Positions 11,201 through 20,299 of a stretch of 64,000 bases of DNA are shown piece after piece. The translations under genes were made by a program, and so were the position numbers. This DNA is from Pelagomonas calceolata (lineage: Eukaryota). The notes under the pieces are model-generated. The model worked only from the letters and a program-made list of their open reading frames with translations, did not search any database and was not told where the DNA came from. The DNA is taken from contig CAKKNE010000003.1 in NCBI GenBank assembly GCA_918797485.1, positions 4,774,001 through 4,838,000 of the forward strand, written 5' to 3'. Numbering within the stretch: position 1 is the first letter of the stretch; each line of letters begins with the position of its first letter.

Positions 11201-11764
11201 CCGGACGTTGGACGCGACCGCGTCCTTCAAGGTGCACTGTGGCACGTCCCAGGCGTCGCCCGGGAGCGTGGACTCGCACTCGAACGTCCCGAGGGCGGGG
11301 TTGCCGCCGTGCGGCGCGTGCGCGTCGACCGGCGCCGGCGCCCACTCGTCGAAGGTGACGAGCCACCCGTCGGTCGTCTGGGAGCAGGACGCCTTCTGGA
11401 CCGTCGGGAGCGAGCTGATCGCGCGGCCGCACGTCGCGGCGTCGAGCACCGCCGGCAGCAGCACGCTCTCGCCGAGGAACCCGAAGCGCAGCCGGCCGTC
11501 GACCTCGCCGCCCGTCGGCGCCGTGACGGTCAGCGCGATCGCGCGCGACACCTGGTTCTGCGTCAGCGGGTCGTCGCCGCGCGGGCAGTGGATCTGCTCG
11601 CAGGCGGCGCCCGTCACGCCCGGCTGGCAGATGCAGAACGAGGTGGAGAGGGTGGCGTCGGGCGCCGAGCAGTAGCCCCGGAAGTTGCAGTGGGCCGGGC
11701 AGGCCGCGCGCACGGCCGCGCCGAGGCCGACGGCGACGAAGGCGAAGGCGCGGCGCCGCCCCAT
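8219..11764 (-). CDS. Secreted EGF-like/mastigoneme-like protein with Gly-rich beta repeats and a C-terminal peptidase S74 (intramolecular chaperone) domain; intron 9381-9530
   Basis: Signal peptide MGRRRAFAFVAVGLGAAVRA; EGF motifs (CPAHCNFRGYC, CPRGDDPL, CSNHGDCDLATGKCRC); SDARFKRDL...GFVAQRVEEAFPSLV...VAY followed by a terminal coiled coil. Confidence 0.8.
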   Translation of the reverse strand: MGRRRAFAFVAVGLGAAVRAACPAHCNFRGYCSAPDATLSTSFCICQPGVTGAACEQIHCPRGDDPLTQNQVSRAIALTVTAPTGGEVDGRLRFGFLGESVLLPAVLDAATCGRAISSLPTVQKASCSQTTDGWLVTFDEWAPAPVDAHAPHGGNPALGTFECESTLPGDAWDVPQCTLKDAVASNVREHAPCSNHGDCDLATGKCRCRAGWRRDACDDNKDADTLQLYRSEGPFYSGTILGLEAKRAASPDFHYLRVGAGGRGGDVLAVRGDGHIRAAGAAAFDGGVAVAGALDARGPATFSGGAAFASAKGDLLVAGPADAPALRVAKDQPVAVGRAGLASEGPGSFGSLTVAGAVAAAGVTLEGGVATADALVATAGATARGAGAAPALRLERRDGDGPIVAAFRGTNEVFAVRGDGALDVLAGGVRVTAGGLRVHGGGVDVGAGGLRVDGGLEVRSGALTLRGGLALEDGGVEAASRAAGGAPLRASATHAQFGGSVLTLEAPALAPPTPFARGAARLVDGVVKGQSVFSVDASGALVARGGVRSAGGAVFGGDLAVGGAVRLQRTEAKAGARVAVPAGASYVEILEDGRRGSGNAMSVEGDGGPDARQLVVRNSDGDAATLDGHVVPAGSTRVFYQGGDRRWAAIGGDAAGAVAAAGAAVTRSSVTEFVGVSRLDAAADLDVGPHAVRAGRLSSRTGDSQQSGVVFYGPKGFLDADADFISVDRVKGGPKESPSLRLRVGRLPVRASTFAAAPSHGRTPRRSLRALVATCRLPCVRPRVSMRLTGSFARRRLMVTTSVDAPLHMGGHAIKDARIEGGSATGLAQVAAQVLRLDHAPGTKSNPPEGFERPVLVGPGGALGATPELYYRDRTLHVERLGAATIVGDLDFANNARLKNARIEGGSVEGLEKLAVEELTYVDAPARGAAAVFGEDGALVAAEAWCAAGADHAVAIPRLAVGALAGDVDARGHVIRDGQFEGGGAAGLEFVAADVVLVGSLDASRRALVVAGDGGALEAEDGLYVDADAAVHAPRNVNVGGALDVKSDAFVGGSVVVGGTVMGSGAYIDSSDARFKRDLAVLDGAACLGALRNGSLGAYAFSYKRDEFPARNFPARRDVGFVAQRVEEAFPSLVYDDADGFKHVAYGRAAPVLAAALAALAAKHDGLERRVARLEALLVEK
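9381..9530 (-). mobile_element. Introner element, 150-nt in-frame GC-AG intron
   Basis: Minus strand reads TSD gcggctcc, then cggtgcgggcgtcaac...ctcactggctcatttgcacgcag, then TSD gcggctca (7/8). Length is a multiple of 3, so it is hidden inside the ORF. Confidence 0.85.
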
Positions 11765-12125
11765 CCGGCCTCTCCTTCTTGGCCGCAGTGGCGGGGGTGG
11801 GCGTGGCAGCCCCCTTTTTTGACGATTTGGGAGCTGGTGTCTCGGTCGCACCAGGGGGAAGCCCTCCTGTTTTGGTCTAGCTCATCAGGCTGGCTTTGGT
11901 GAGACAACCAAACTTGTATGGTACCTCTATGACATTGGTACAGTAAGCACTCGGATGTTCGTCCGCTAGATGAGTGGAGGTACAGTAGCTGTCCGTATAG
12001 GGAGGTATGAGAACCTGACCGTATAGGTCATAGATTAGGGGTCTGGACCGTAAGATACGTATCTCATCTCGCTCCGTATCTCCTCTCCGTGCCTGGTGCC
12101 GGACTGGCCCGCATTTGATATCGGC

Positions 12126-13095
12126 ATGGAACGCCCCTCGACACAGAGCCGGGCGCGGACGCCCCCGAATCCGGAGAACCTCGACGCTTTTAGCGGCAGG
12201 CGACCAGTGTTCAGCTTGTCTCCAAACCGACCTCACTCACCCGGTCGATACGCGCGCAGGCGGGTGCGGACCTCCGTCCTTCAGCAGCTTCTCCCACATC
12301 GGCGAGGAGGTCCAAAGCTTGACCTTTGCCGTGGGGCTCCGCGAAGATGCGGCGAATGCCGAGTACTACGTGAAGAAGATCTTACCGATGTCGTTCTACG
12401 AGCCCGGGAAGCCCGTCGAGAAGCGGGCTCGGGCACCCCCGAAGGACGCGCCGCCCGTCGAGGCGCTGGACGTGCCCGAGCTCGTGGAGATGCGGCAGCG
12501 CCTCCGAGACGTCCTGCGGGGCTGCGAGAAGATGGAGCGCGAGGAAAAGCAGTGCGCCGCCGAGCTGCAGGCCGCGACGGACCGGCTCGCCACGGTCGAG
12601 AAGCGATCCGCGCAGCTCGACGACCAGCTCGACCAGTACGACGAGCAGCTAGCCGAGGAGCGGAACCGGACCCTGGCGGCGTCGATGGACGCGGAGCAGA
12701 CGCGGGCCCAGCACGCGGAGCTGCTCGAGCAAGTTGAGCGCGGCGAGAGGGCGGTCGCGCGGCTCGAGGCCGAGCTCGCCGACAAGGAGGCGCAGCTCCG
12801 GGCCCTCGAGGCGTGCTCGGACCTCGAGCTCGTCTTCGGGCGGCGCGACGACGAGCCGGACGGCGCGGAGCTCGTCCTGCGCGACGAGGTCTCCGGGCTC
12901 GACGCCTGGCGGCAGCCGCCGGCGAAGCTCGCGAAGCGGCACCTCCAGATGGCGGCGAACGCGTCGCGCCCTCCCGCGGCGGCCGGCGGCGCGACGTACG
13001 CGGCCCGGATGACCTCATTCAAGCGCAGGCTCCGCGCCGGCCGGCGGCCCCGCGGCGCCGAGGCGGCCGGCTCCGTCGCGTCCGGGGCCGCGTAA
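12126..13095 (+). CDS. Coiled-coil protein of unknown function; tentative first exon 12126-12147 and GC-AG intron 12148-12259 (alternative start ATG 12388)
   Basis: Strong GC3 bias and a heptad-rich E/L/A/Q sequence. Acceptor-like ctcac...gcgcgcag ends at 12259. The putative donor gccgggcgcggac resembles the exon start gcgggtgcggac. Confidence 0.55.
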
Positions 13096-13892
13096 GCGCG
13101 CCGGTACTCCTAGTGCGAGTTATAGACGATAGTATGAATGAAGGTGCGTTGTACCGCTATCCCGTTGCTATTTCGACGCTCCGGTTGGTCGTCCTGGTTG
13201 GGAGTTGTATAAATAAATAAATGCGCCACCGACGCGGATCTAGTACTCCGGTGTCCAGCCTTAACTCTAGTCTACAATAGCGATTACCGCAGTACCTCCT
13301 CGATTCGTGGTGGAACCGGCGACCGAGGAGCAGGCGTTGGCGCGCATCCATCGTCGTCTAGAGACCGTGCACGTGCGTGCGATGCAGTCACGGTGGCCAG
13401 CTCGGCGTTGCTCTTGGCCGGGTGCCATAGGAGCCAGTGACAAATTGCACATCCCGATAGAAGGGCATATCGGAGTCCCTTCTCGAGCCTGAGAAGAAAA
13501 ACGAGGTCGGAGGTGCGACCGTGACCACCTTACTCTGTCCTTACGGCGGAAGGGGCAAAATAAAACAACCCGAAGCCTTAGCCAGGCCATATGCCCCGCT
13601 CGCGGGGGATAGCTCCCCCAACAACCCCAAAACCCGAATTAACTAGTTATGCTTCAACAGTGGCAGGGTTGAGCTTGGCTTTCGCCGCTAGCCCCTTGCT
13701 GAGCCACTGCCACGGGCCCTGCGGCATCACCAATACTGCTCCGCAGCGAGGCTTGCAAAAAGCTCGCGGTGCGTTCAAGCACAACATCGCAGTTGCCTGC
13801 AGCGTCACCAAGACTGCTGCCCTCGCCTGGAGAGCGACATACTTAGCGAAGCCGGCCCTGCGAGTCGTTTGAACACTGCCAAGGTAAAGAAA

Positions 13893-14810
13893 ATGCGCTA
13901 CATCCTCCCCCTCGCCAGCGCAGCTGCGGCGTGGCAGCCGGCGTGCGCGCCGCTCCATCGTCGCGCCACGCGCCGCTCCGCCTCGGCACCGCTGCCCGTC
14001 GACGACCCGCCGACGCTCGAGGAGCAGCTGGAGCTCGCCGAGGGCGAGAACGCGTATTTGCGGAGGCGCCTCGCCCAGCTCGAGAGCCGGCTGCGCGAGC
14101 AACCGCACCCGCCGCTCTGGGCGCTCGAGGACTGGGCGAGCATCGACGGCGTGGAGGGCTGCCGCGAGCTGGGGCGGGACCGGCTGGGGACGGCGCTCCA
14201 GCTCTACAACGCCGCACACCCGAAGAAAACGCCGCTACGCACCGACGGGTCGATGGAGCAACTCGCGCGGGAGGTCGTCGCCGTGCTGCCGGCGCTCAAG
14301 CAGGCCGTGGTGACGAAGCGCAAGCACGCCCAGTCCAAGCGCGTGCTCCAGGCGGCAACCAAGAGCGGCCACATCAGGCCGGGGCACGTCGTCGAGGGCG
14401 TCGTCGCGGCCGTCCGGGCCGTCGGCGTGCTGGTGGACATCCCCACGCCTTTCGGCACGTACCGCGCCCAGCTGAAGCCGGACCAGGTCACGGGCGTCAC
14501 GCGGACGCCGCTCCAGTCGTTCGTGGCCGAAGCGTTCCCGGTCGGGTCGCACGTCCTGGCGGAGGTTCTGGACGTGGACGCGGCGTCGGAGGTCACGGCG
14601 TGCCACCTCTCGACGAGGAACCTGGAGGAGGCCCTCGGCGAGATGTCGACCGACCGCGACGCCTTGTTCGCGCGGGCGCGCGCGAGGCGCGCGGCGCAGC
14701 CGCCGCCGCGGTCGCGCGCGGAGCGGCGCGAGGTCGCGAAGGCCGCCGAGCACGGGCTCGCCGAGCCGTACATCGAGGCGCTCGAACACCACCACGTCAG
14801 GGCGGGGTGA
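13893..14810 (+). CDS. S1 RNA-binding domain protein, probably plastid-targeted
   Basis: N-terminal MRYILPLASAAAAW-QP bipartite-like leader. S1 pattern PGHVVEGVVAAVRAVGVLVDI...VGSHVLAEVLDVD...LSTRNLE. Confidence 0.65.
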   Translation: MRYILPLASAAAAWQPACAPLHRRATRRSASAPLPVDDPPTLEEQLELAEGENAYLRRRLAQLESRLREQPHPPLWALEDWASIDGVEGCRELGRDRLGTALQLYNAAHPKKTPLRTDGSMEQLAREVVAVLPALKQAVVTKRKHAQSKRVLQAATKSGHIRPGHVVEGVVAAVRAVGVLVDIPTPFGTYRAQLKPDQVTGVTRTPLQSFVAEAFPVGSHVLAEVLDVDAASEVTACHLSTRNLEEALGEMSTDRDALFARARARRAAQPPPRSRAERREVAKAAEHGLAEPYIEALEHHHVRAG

Positions 14811-15082
14811 TGATGGTGCCGCCCCTAAATTTATTTCATGGGTAGTAATGGTAGTAGGCCCAGAATGCCGGCAGGGTGGAATTGACGAACCGGCTGGCTG
14901 AGAGTCATCGTCGCTTTTGCCCCCGGCGCAACAACGCAGTGACACACTTAGTGACACGTGGGGGGGAGAGAGAGGCCTCGCAAACCCTAATTGAAAATTA
15001 CTTGATAACCAGCTAGCGGCCTTAAGACACTAGCAAGCTTAGCTCGACGAGCCGGCCACAGGTAGGGTACAAGTTGTACAGC

Positions 15083-16615
15083 ATGAAGTTCGGCGCGGAC
15101 CTCAAAAACAGCGTCGTGCCGGAGTGGGCGCCGGGCTACATCGCCTACGACGCGCTCAAGGCGCAGATCAAGGCCATCAGCGGCGCCGAGGCGGACGAGC
15201 GGGACGCGCTCGAGGAGACCTTCTTCGCGACGCTGGAGGAGGAGCTGGAGAAGGTGAACCGGTTCTACCTGCAGAAGATCGGCGAGTTCGACGCGGCGCT
15301 CGCCGCGCTCGAGGCGCGCAAGCCGCGGAGCGCGTCGGGCGACGCGCTCGGCACGCCCGCGACGTCGGACCACCGGCGCAACGCCATCAACTTGCACGCC
15401 CAGATCGGGCAGCTGCAGGCGTTCGTCTGGCTGAACACGCAGGGCTTCGAGAAGATCGTGAAGAAGTACGACAAGTTCTCCGGCCTGCGCCACACGCCGC
15501 AGGCCAAGGCCCCGGACTTCGAGGCGCGGCTCCGGGGCGAGGTCTTCAAGTCCGAGCGGCTGGACGCGTGCCTGGAACGGTTCAAGATGGCGCGCGTCGT
15601 GGACAGCGAGACGCCGCACCATCTCGAGATGAAGCTCGTGTCGGGGTCCGCGAACAAGCCCCTCGCCGAGGAGATCGCGGCGCGGCTGGGCGTGCCCCTC
15701 TCGCCGGCGAAGGTGCGCCGCTTCAACGACGGCGAGGTCAACATCCAGCTCTGCGACAGCGTGCGCGGCGCGAACGTCTACATCCTGCAGCCGACGTGCC
15801 CCCCGGTGAACGACCACCTGGTCGAGCTGCTCCTCCTGGTGTCGGCGGCGCGGCGCGCGTCGGCGGCCACCGTGACCGCGGTGGTGCCGTACTACGGGTA
15901 CGCGCGCCAGGACCGCAAGGACCGGAGCCGCGTGCCCATCTCGGCGGCCGACGTCGCGCGGATGATGGAGGCCATGGGCGTCGACCGCGTCGTGTGCGTG
16001 GACCTGCACTGCGCCCAGATCCAGGGCTTCTTCGGGCCCCGGACGCCCGTGGACAACCTGTTCGCCGCGCCGATCGCCGTGACCTATTTCAACATGAAGG
16101 ACCTGGTCAAGCCCGTCGTGGTCAGCCCGGACGCGGGCGGCGTCGCGCGCGCCAAGGCGTTCATGGAGGGCTTCGGCCGCCTGCCGGACCCGCCGCAGGT
16201 CTCGCTCGCCGTCATCCTGAAGCAGCGGGCGGAGGCGGGCGTCGTCGGCACGATGCACCTCGTCGGCTCGGTGGAGGGCTGCGACTGCGTCATCGTCGAC
16301 GACATGATCGACACGGCGGGCACGCTGACCGCGGCCGCGAACGAGCTGCGCGCGTTCGGCGCGCGGCGCGTCTTCGCGTTCGCGACGCACGGCCTCTTCA
16401 GCGGGCCCGCGGCGGACCGCATCGAGCAGTGCGTGCTCGAGGAGTGCGTGGTGGCGAACACGGTGCCGCTAGCCGCGGCCGTGCGCGAGAAGACGCGCAA
16501 GATCCGCCAGGTCAGCGTCGGCAAGCTCGTCGAGGGCGCCATCCGCGGCATCCAGTGCGGCACGTCCGTGAGCGCCCTCTTCACCCAGGACATGGCGGCG
16601 GACCTCCTATCCTAG
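15083..16615 (+). CDS. SPX domain - ribose-phosphate pyrophosphokinase (PRPP synthetase) fusion
   Basis: SPX part: MKFG...PEW..GYIAYDALK, ELEKVNRFY, LNTQGFEKIVKKYDK. PRPS part: RFNDGE, VPYYGYARQDRK, DLHCAQIQGFF, VSPDAGG, VDDMIDTAGT, ATHGLFS. Confidence 0.92.
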   Translation: MKFGADLKNSVVPEWAPGYIAYDALKAQIKAISGAEADERDALEETFFATLEEELEKVNRFYLQKIGEFDAALAALEARKPRSASGDALGTPATSDHRRNAINLHAQIGQLQAFVWLNTQGFEKIVKKYDKFSGLRHTPQAKAPDFEARLRGEVFKSERLDACLERFKMARVVDSETPHHLEMKLVSGSANKPLAEEIAARLGVPLSPAKVRRFNDGEVNIQLCDSVRGANVYILQPTCPPVNDHLVELLLLVSAARRASAATVTAVVPYYGYARQDRKDRSRVPISAADVARMMEAMGVDRVVCVDLHCAQIQGFFGPRTPVDNLFAAPIAVTYFNMKDLVKPVVVSPDAGGVARAKAFMEGFGRLPDPPQVSLAVILKQRAEAGVVGTMHLVGSVEGCDCVIVDDMIDTAGTLTAAANELRAFGARRVFAFATHGLFSGPAADRIEQCVLEECVVANTVPLAAAVREKTRKIRQVSVGKLVEGAIRGIQCGTSVSALFTQDMAADLLS

Positions 16616-16863
16616 CCGCGGCCGGCGCCGCCGCCGCGTGAGGGCACGATTTCGCGACTAACTTGAATTGAGACTTCGTTTCCCGAGGACTCGGAGGGAA
16701 GCGCGACCGCCACGGGTGGCTCCGAGGACGGCGAGCGAGCCTCGTTGTTCCTGCTAGTGCAGCGAATCCTAGAAGGGTGGCCCGGGAACGCAAGACCTTC
16801 AAGTTTTGGTGAGTGTTTGGTGAGTATTTCGGCCCGAATCTAGGTGTCTGACATACCTTGAAT

Positions 16864-17053
16864 TGCGATAAATAGGGCGAATACCCCCCCTACTATACCC
16901 TTCCTTAAGTCTACACTTAGACACACCACACACGCAACGCGCAATCAAACACCGCAAACCAAAACTAGTTAGTGTATTTTAAGGTAGCTCCTCGGCAGAC
17001 TATCTCAGCCGCCGTAGTACTCCCAAACTTGAAGGTGCGTACTCCTCTGGTCT
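16864..17053 (+). mobile_element. Degenerate solo LTR, same family as 59607-59823
   Basis: Aligns by eye, in inverted orientation, with 59626-59823 (ataaatagggcgaataccccccc...aaggtagctcc...ggtgcgtactcctctggtct). Begins with TG. Confidence 0.7.
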
Positions 17054-17383
17054 GAAGTGTTTGGACGAAATTCTAAGTGTTTGGACTGGCCCGGCCCGGG
17101 CCCCGGGGGCTCTAGTGTGGATTCTACTACTAGTAGTAGGTCCAAGCCGACTACTTTTATTTCAGAATATTTCTCAGTTGAGAAACGAAAAGGACATGGC
17201 AGATCGCAATAAAGCTTTCAAGTTTGGTAAGAGCAGTATCGAAGCCCGTAAAAGATGGGGTCGTTGATGATGCCGGCAGCCTGTACAGGTAAGATACTAG
17301 CAAAGAGGTCACCTAGGCTAGACGCATAGACAAGCTCACGTAGGCTTCAACGAGTAAAAACGCTACGCGGAGCAGTGCCAAAG

Positions 17384-18793
17384 ATGATGCACAGCCGCCG
17401 TGGCGCGCGGACCTTTGCCGGCCTGGCCGTCTGCGCGGTCGGGGCGGCCGTCCTCCTCCTCGGGAACACGGCGCGACGGCGGCTCGGGGACGCCTCGGTG
17501 GACGAGGTGACGGGGCACAAGCGCCTCGCCCCGACGGACGCGACGGACGTCGCCGGCTTTGTCTGCGCCGCGCTGGGTCTCGTCATCGCGGCGGGCGGCG
17601 GGATCGGCGGCGGGGGCATGCTGGTGCCGATCTACGTGCTGGTGATGGGCTTCAAGCCGAAGTTTGCGATCCCGCTCTCGAACATGACGGTGCTGGGCGG
17701 CGCCATCGCGAACGTGGCCATGAACGCGCGGAAGCGCCACCCGCTGGCCGACCGCGCGCTCGTGGACTGGGACCTGCTGGTGCTGATGGAGCCGCTGACG
17801 CTCGCCGGCGCGCTGGCCGGCGGCTTCGCGAACAAAATCGCGCCGGAGCTGGTCATTACGGTGCTCTTGGTGGTCCTGCTCTACCTGACCTCCGAGCGGA
17901 CCGTCAAGAAGGGCCTGAAGCTCTACGCGAAGGAGTCCGCGGCGTTCTCGGCCATGGCGGACGCGCGCGTCGCGCTGGACGACGCGGAGCGGCAGGAGGA
18001 GACCAAGGGGCTGCTCGACGACGACGGCGGCGAGCCGAAGGGCGTCGACGACGAGAAACGGGCGGCGCTGGGCCGGATCCTCGCGGAGGAGCGACGCGCG
18101 TTCCCGCCCGACAAGGTCGCCGTCCTGGCGGGCATGTTCGTCCTGACGGTCGCGATGAACCTGGCGAAGGGCGGCGGCGCCTTCCCGTCGCCGTTCGGGA
18201 TCGAGTGCGGCACGGCGTCCTACTGGGCCCTGACGGCGGCGATGTTCGGCGCGCTCGTCGCGATCTCGCTCGCCGTCCGGGCCTATTTAGTGAAGCGGAC
18301 GGAGACCAAGGACGCGTGCGGCTATGCGTACGTCGAGGGCGACTTTCACTGGGACTCGTCTACGACCCTCAAGTACCCCTGCGTCTGCTTCTTCGCCGGC
18401 GTCTGCGCGGGGCTCTTCGGGATCGGCGGCGGGATCGTCAACGGCCCCCTCATGCTCGAGCTCGGCGTCCTGCCGCCCGTCGCGGGGGCCACGACGGCGT
18501 GCATGATCCTGCTCACGTCGACGACGGCGGCGACGACGTTCCTGACGTTCGGGCTCGTGCAGCTCGACTACGCCAAGAGGCTGTTCTGGGTCGGCGTCGG
18601 CGCGACGGCCGTCGGCCAGTTACTCATGACCCGCCTGGTGAAAAAGACGGGTCGCCAGTCCTACGTCGCATTTTCCATTGGCGCGGTCGTGTCTTTGTCG
18701 ACGGTGCTCATGGGCTTCCACGGCCTCGTGTCCCTCGCGTCGGACGCTTCCGAGGAGGAGCGCGCCGGCGCCATCTGCGGCAAAGGCGACTAG
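17384..18793 (+). CDS. Sulfite exporter TauE/SafE family membrane protein
   Basis: GGGIGGGGMLVP, AIPLS, RHP...LVDWDL..LMEP, GLFGIGGGIVNGPLMLELG; multiple TM helices. Confidence 0.9.
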   Translation: MMHSRRGARTFAGLAVCAVGAAVLLLGNTARRRLGDASVDEVTGHKRLAPTDATDVAGFVCAALGLVIAAGGGIGGGGMLVPIYVLVMGFKPKFAIPLSNMTVLGGAIANVAMNARKRHPLADRALVDWDLLVLMEPLTLAGALAGGFANKIAPELVITVLLVVLLYLTSERTVKKGLKLYAKESAAFSAMADARVALDDAERQEETKGLLDDDGGEPKGVDDEKRAALGRILAEERRAFPPDKVAVLAGMFVLTVAMNLAKGGGAFPSPFGIECGTASYWALTAAMFGALVAISLAVRAYLVKRTETKDACGYAYVEGDFHWDSSTTLKYPCVCFFAGVCAGLFGIGGGIVNGPLMLELGVLPPVAGATTACMILLTSTTAATTFLTFGLVQLDYAKRLFWVGVGATAVGQLLMTRLVKKTGRQSYVAFSIGAVVSLSTVLMGFHGLVSLASDASEEERAGAICGKGD

Positions 18794-19203
18794 CAAAGAG
18801 TAGTAGTAGTATGTAGTCTTTGTTTGCGGGTAGCCTGAGTGGCGTCGTGCCGGCCTTTTTTTTTGGCCAGGTCGTCAATTCCGCCGTGCCATGTGCGAGT
18901 GCTCTGGCGGTCACCAGTGAGGTGAAAACAGTGACTACCCTAGATATATATCTTCAATATTCAAGCCTCTGTTTTCTCCCAAAAAGGACGTTAGGTATAA
19001 CTCAACTCGCTTTAGCCTACTGCGGTACCGTAGGTACCGTAGGTACCTACGGTAGTAAACTTTAGGTATTCATACCGGTACGATTCATACCATTTCAAGT
19101 GACGAGGCGCGCTCAGCACAAAAGGACCTCCTACCTCTCCGCGGCACCGGCGACCGCAAGCGCAATCACGCGGAACTTCCTGCTTGTCTCCGCGGCGACC
19201 GCA

Positions 19204-19764
19204 ATGTCGAAGCCCACGCTCTACGTGCAGCGCCTCAGCGAGGCCGCGGTGCTGCCGAAGCGCGGGAGCGCGCTCGCCGCCGGCTGGGACCTCGCCGCGG
19301 CCAAGGCCTGCGTCGTGCCCGCCAAGGGCCGCGCGATCGTGGCGACGGACCTCAGCATCGCGACGCCGGAGGACTGCTACGCACGCATCGCGCCGCGGTC
19401 CGGCCTCGCGGTCAAGAAGTTCATCGACGTCGGCGCGGGCGTCGTCGACGCGGACTACCGCGGCGCCGTCGGCGTCGTGCTGTTCAACCACGGCGAGGAG
19501 GACTTCGCCGTCGCCGCCGGCGACCGCGTCGCGCAGCTGATTCTCGAGCGCGTCCACCTCGACGCCCAGCTCGAGGAGGTTTCGGCGCTTCCGGAGACCG
19601 CGCGCGGCGCTGGCGGCTTCGGCTCGACCGGCGTGCAAGGCGAGGCCAACGCCGCCAAGATCCGCGCGGTCTCGCCGCCGGCGCCGCCCGCGGACGTCGC
19701 CTCCCTCAAGGCGGCGCACGACGCGCTCGCGGCGCGCGTCGCCGCGCTCGAGGCCAAGCCCTGA
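19204..19764 (+). CDS. DUT: Trimeric dUTP diphosphatase with a C-terminal coiled-coil extension
   Basis: All five dUTPase motifs: [34 protein letters not shown]. Confidence 0.95.
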   Translation: MSKPTLYVQRLSEAAVLPKRGSALAAGWDLAAAKACVVPAKGRAIVATDLSIATPEDCYARIAPRSGLAVKKFIDVGAGVVDADYRGAVGVVLFNHGEEDFAVAAGDRVAQLILERVHLDAQLEEVSALPETARGAGGFGSTGVQGEANAAKIRAVSPPAPPADVASLKAAHDALAARVAALEAKP

Positions 19765-20299
19765 GGCCAGCGGAGACGGGAGCATTCAGAAGCACGTAGC
19801 CCGCCAGCCACCGCCCCGCAAGCACACTAATATACTATAGATGATGACACCGCCGTGACTGTTCAAGTTTAGGGCATCATGATCCTGACCTGCAGGAGAA
19901 ATAGGGATGTGGCACTTGACCGACCCCCCAGAGGGGAGATTAAGGTTTGAACTTCACTATTCGGGGGGTCAGCCGGAGAGGTTTGTTTTCAAAAGCCATT
20001 TCGCCTAGGCCTGCATATATTTATATGTATGTATGTTATATGTATAAATAAACGGGTTTTCTCCCAATGGCAGGTGCGATTCGCAGATACGCCTCCACAG
20101 CGTGGAATAAACCGCTTCCGAATTCACTGGCAGAACTCATTATAGCCGAGACCAGCCGTCACACGTACCGTCACCGGCTACTTCGTGTCGGATCGAGTCG
20201 GAGTCGGAGTCGGGGCCTTCCGGAGCCTGAGGTCTGTACCGGAGCCTTGGGGAGGGGAGTGGAGAAGAGGGGCAGCCTTGCGACTAAAATGCGCTATTA

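Noticed and set aside
19024..19054. GGTACCGTA arrays as CRISPR or telomeric repeats
   Set aside because: There are no spacers or cas genes. Units are 9 bp, dispersed and in mixed orientation, unlike telomere tracts.
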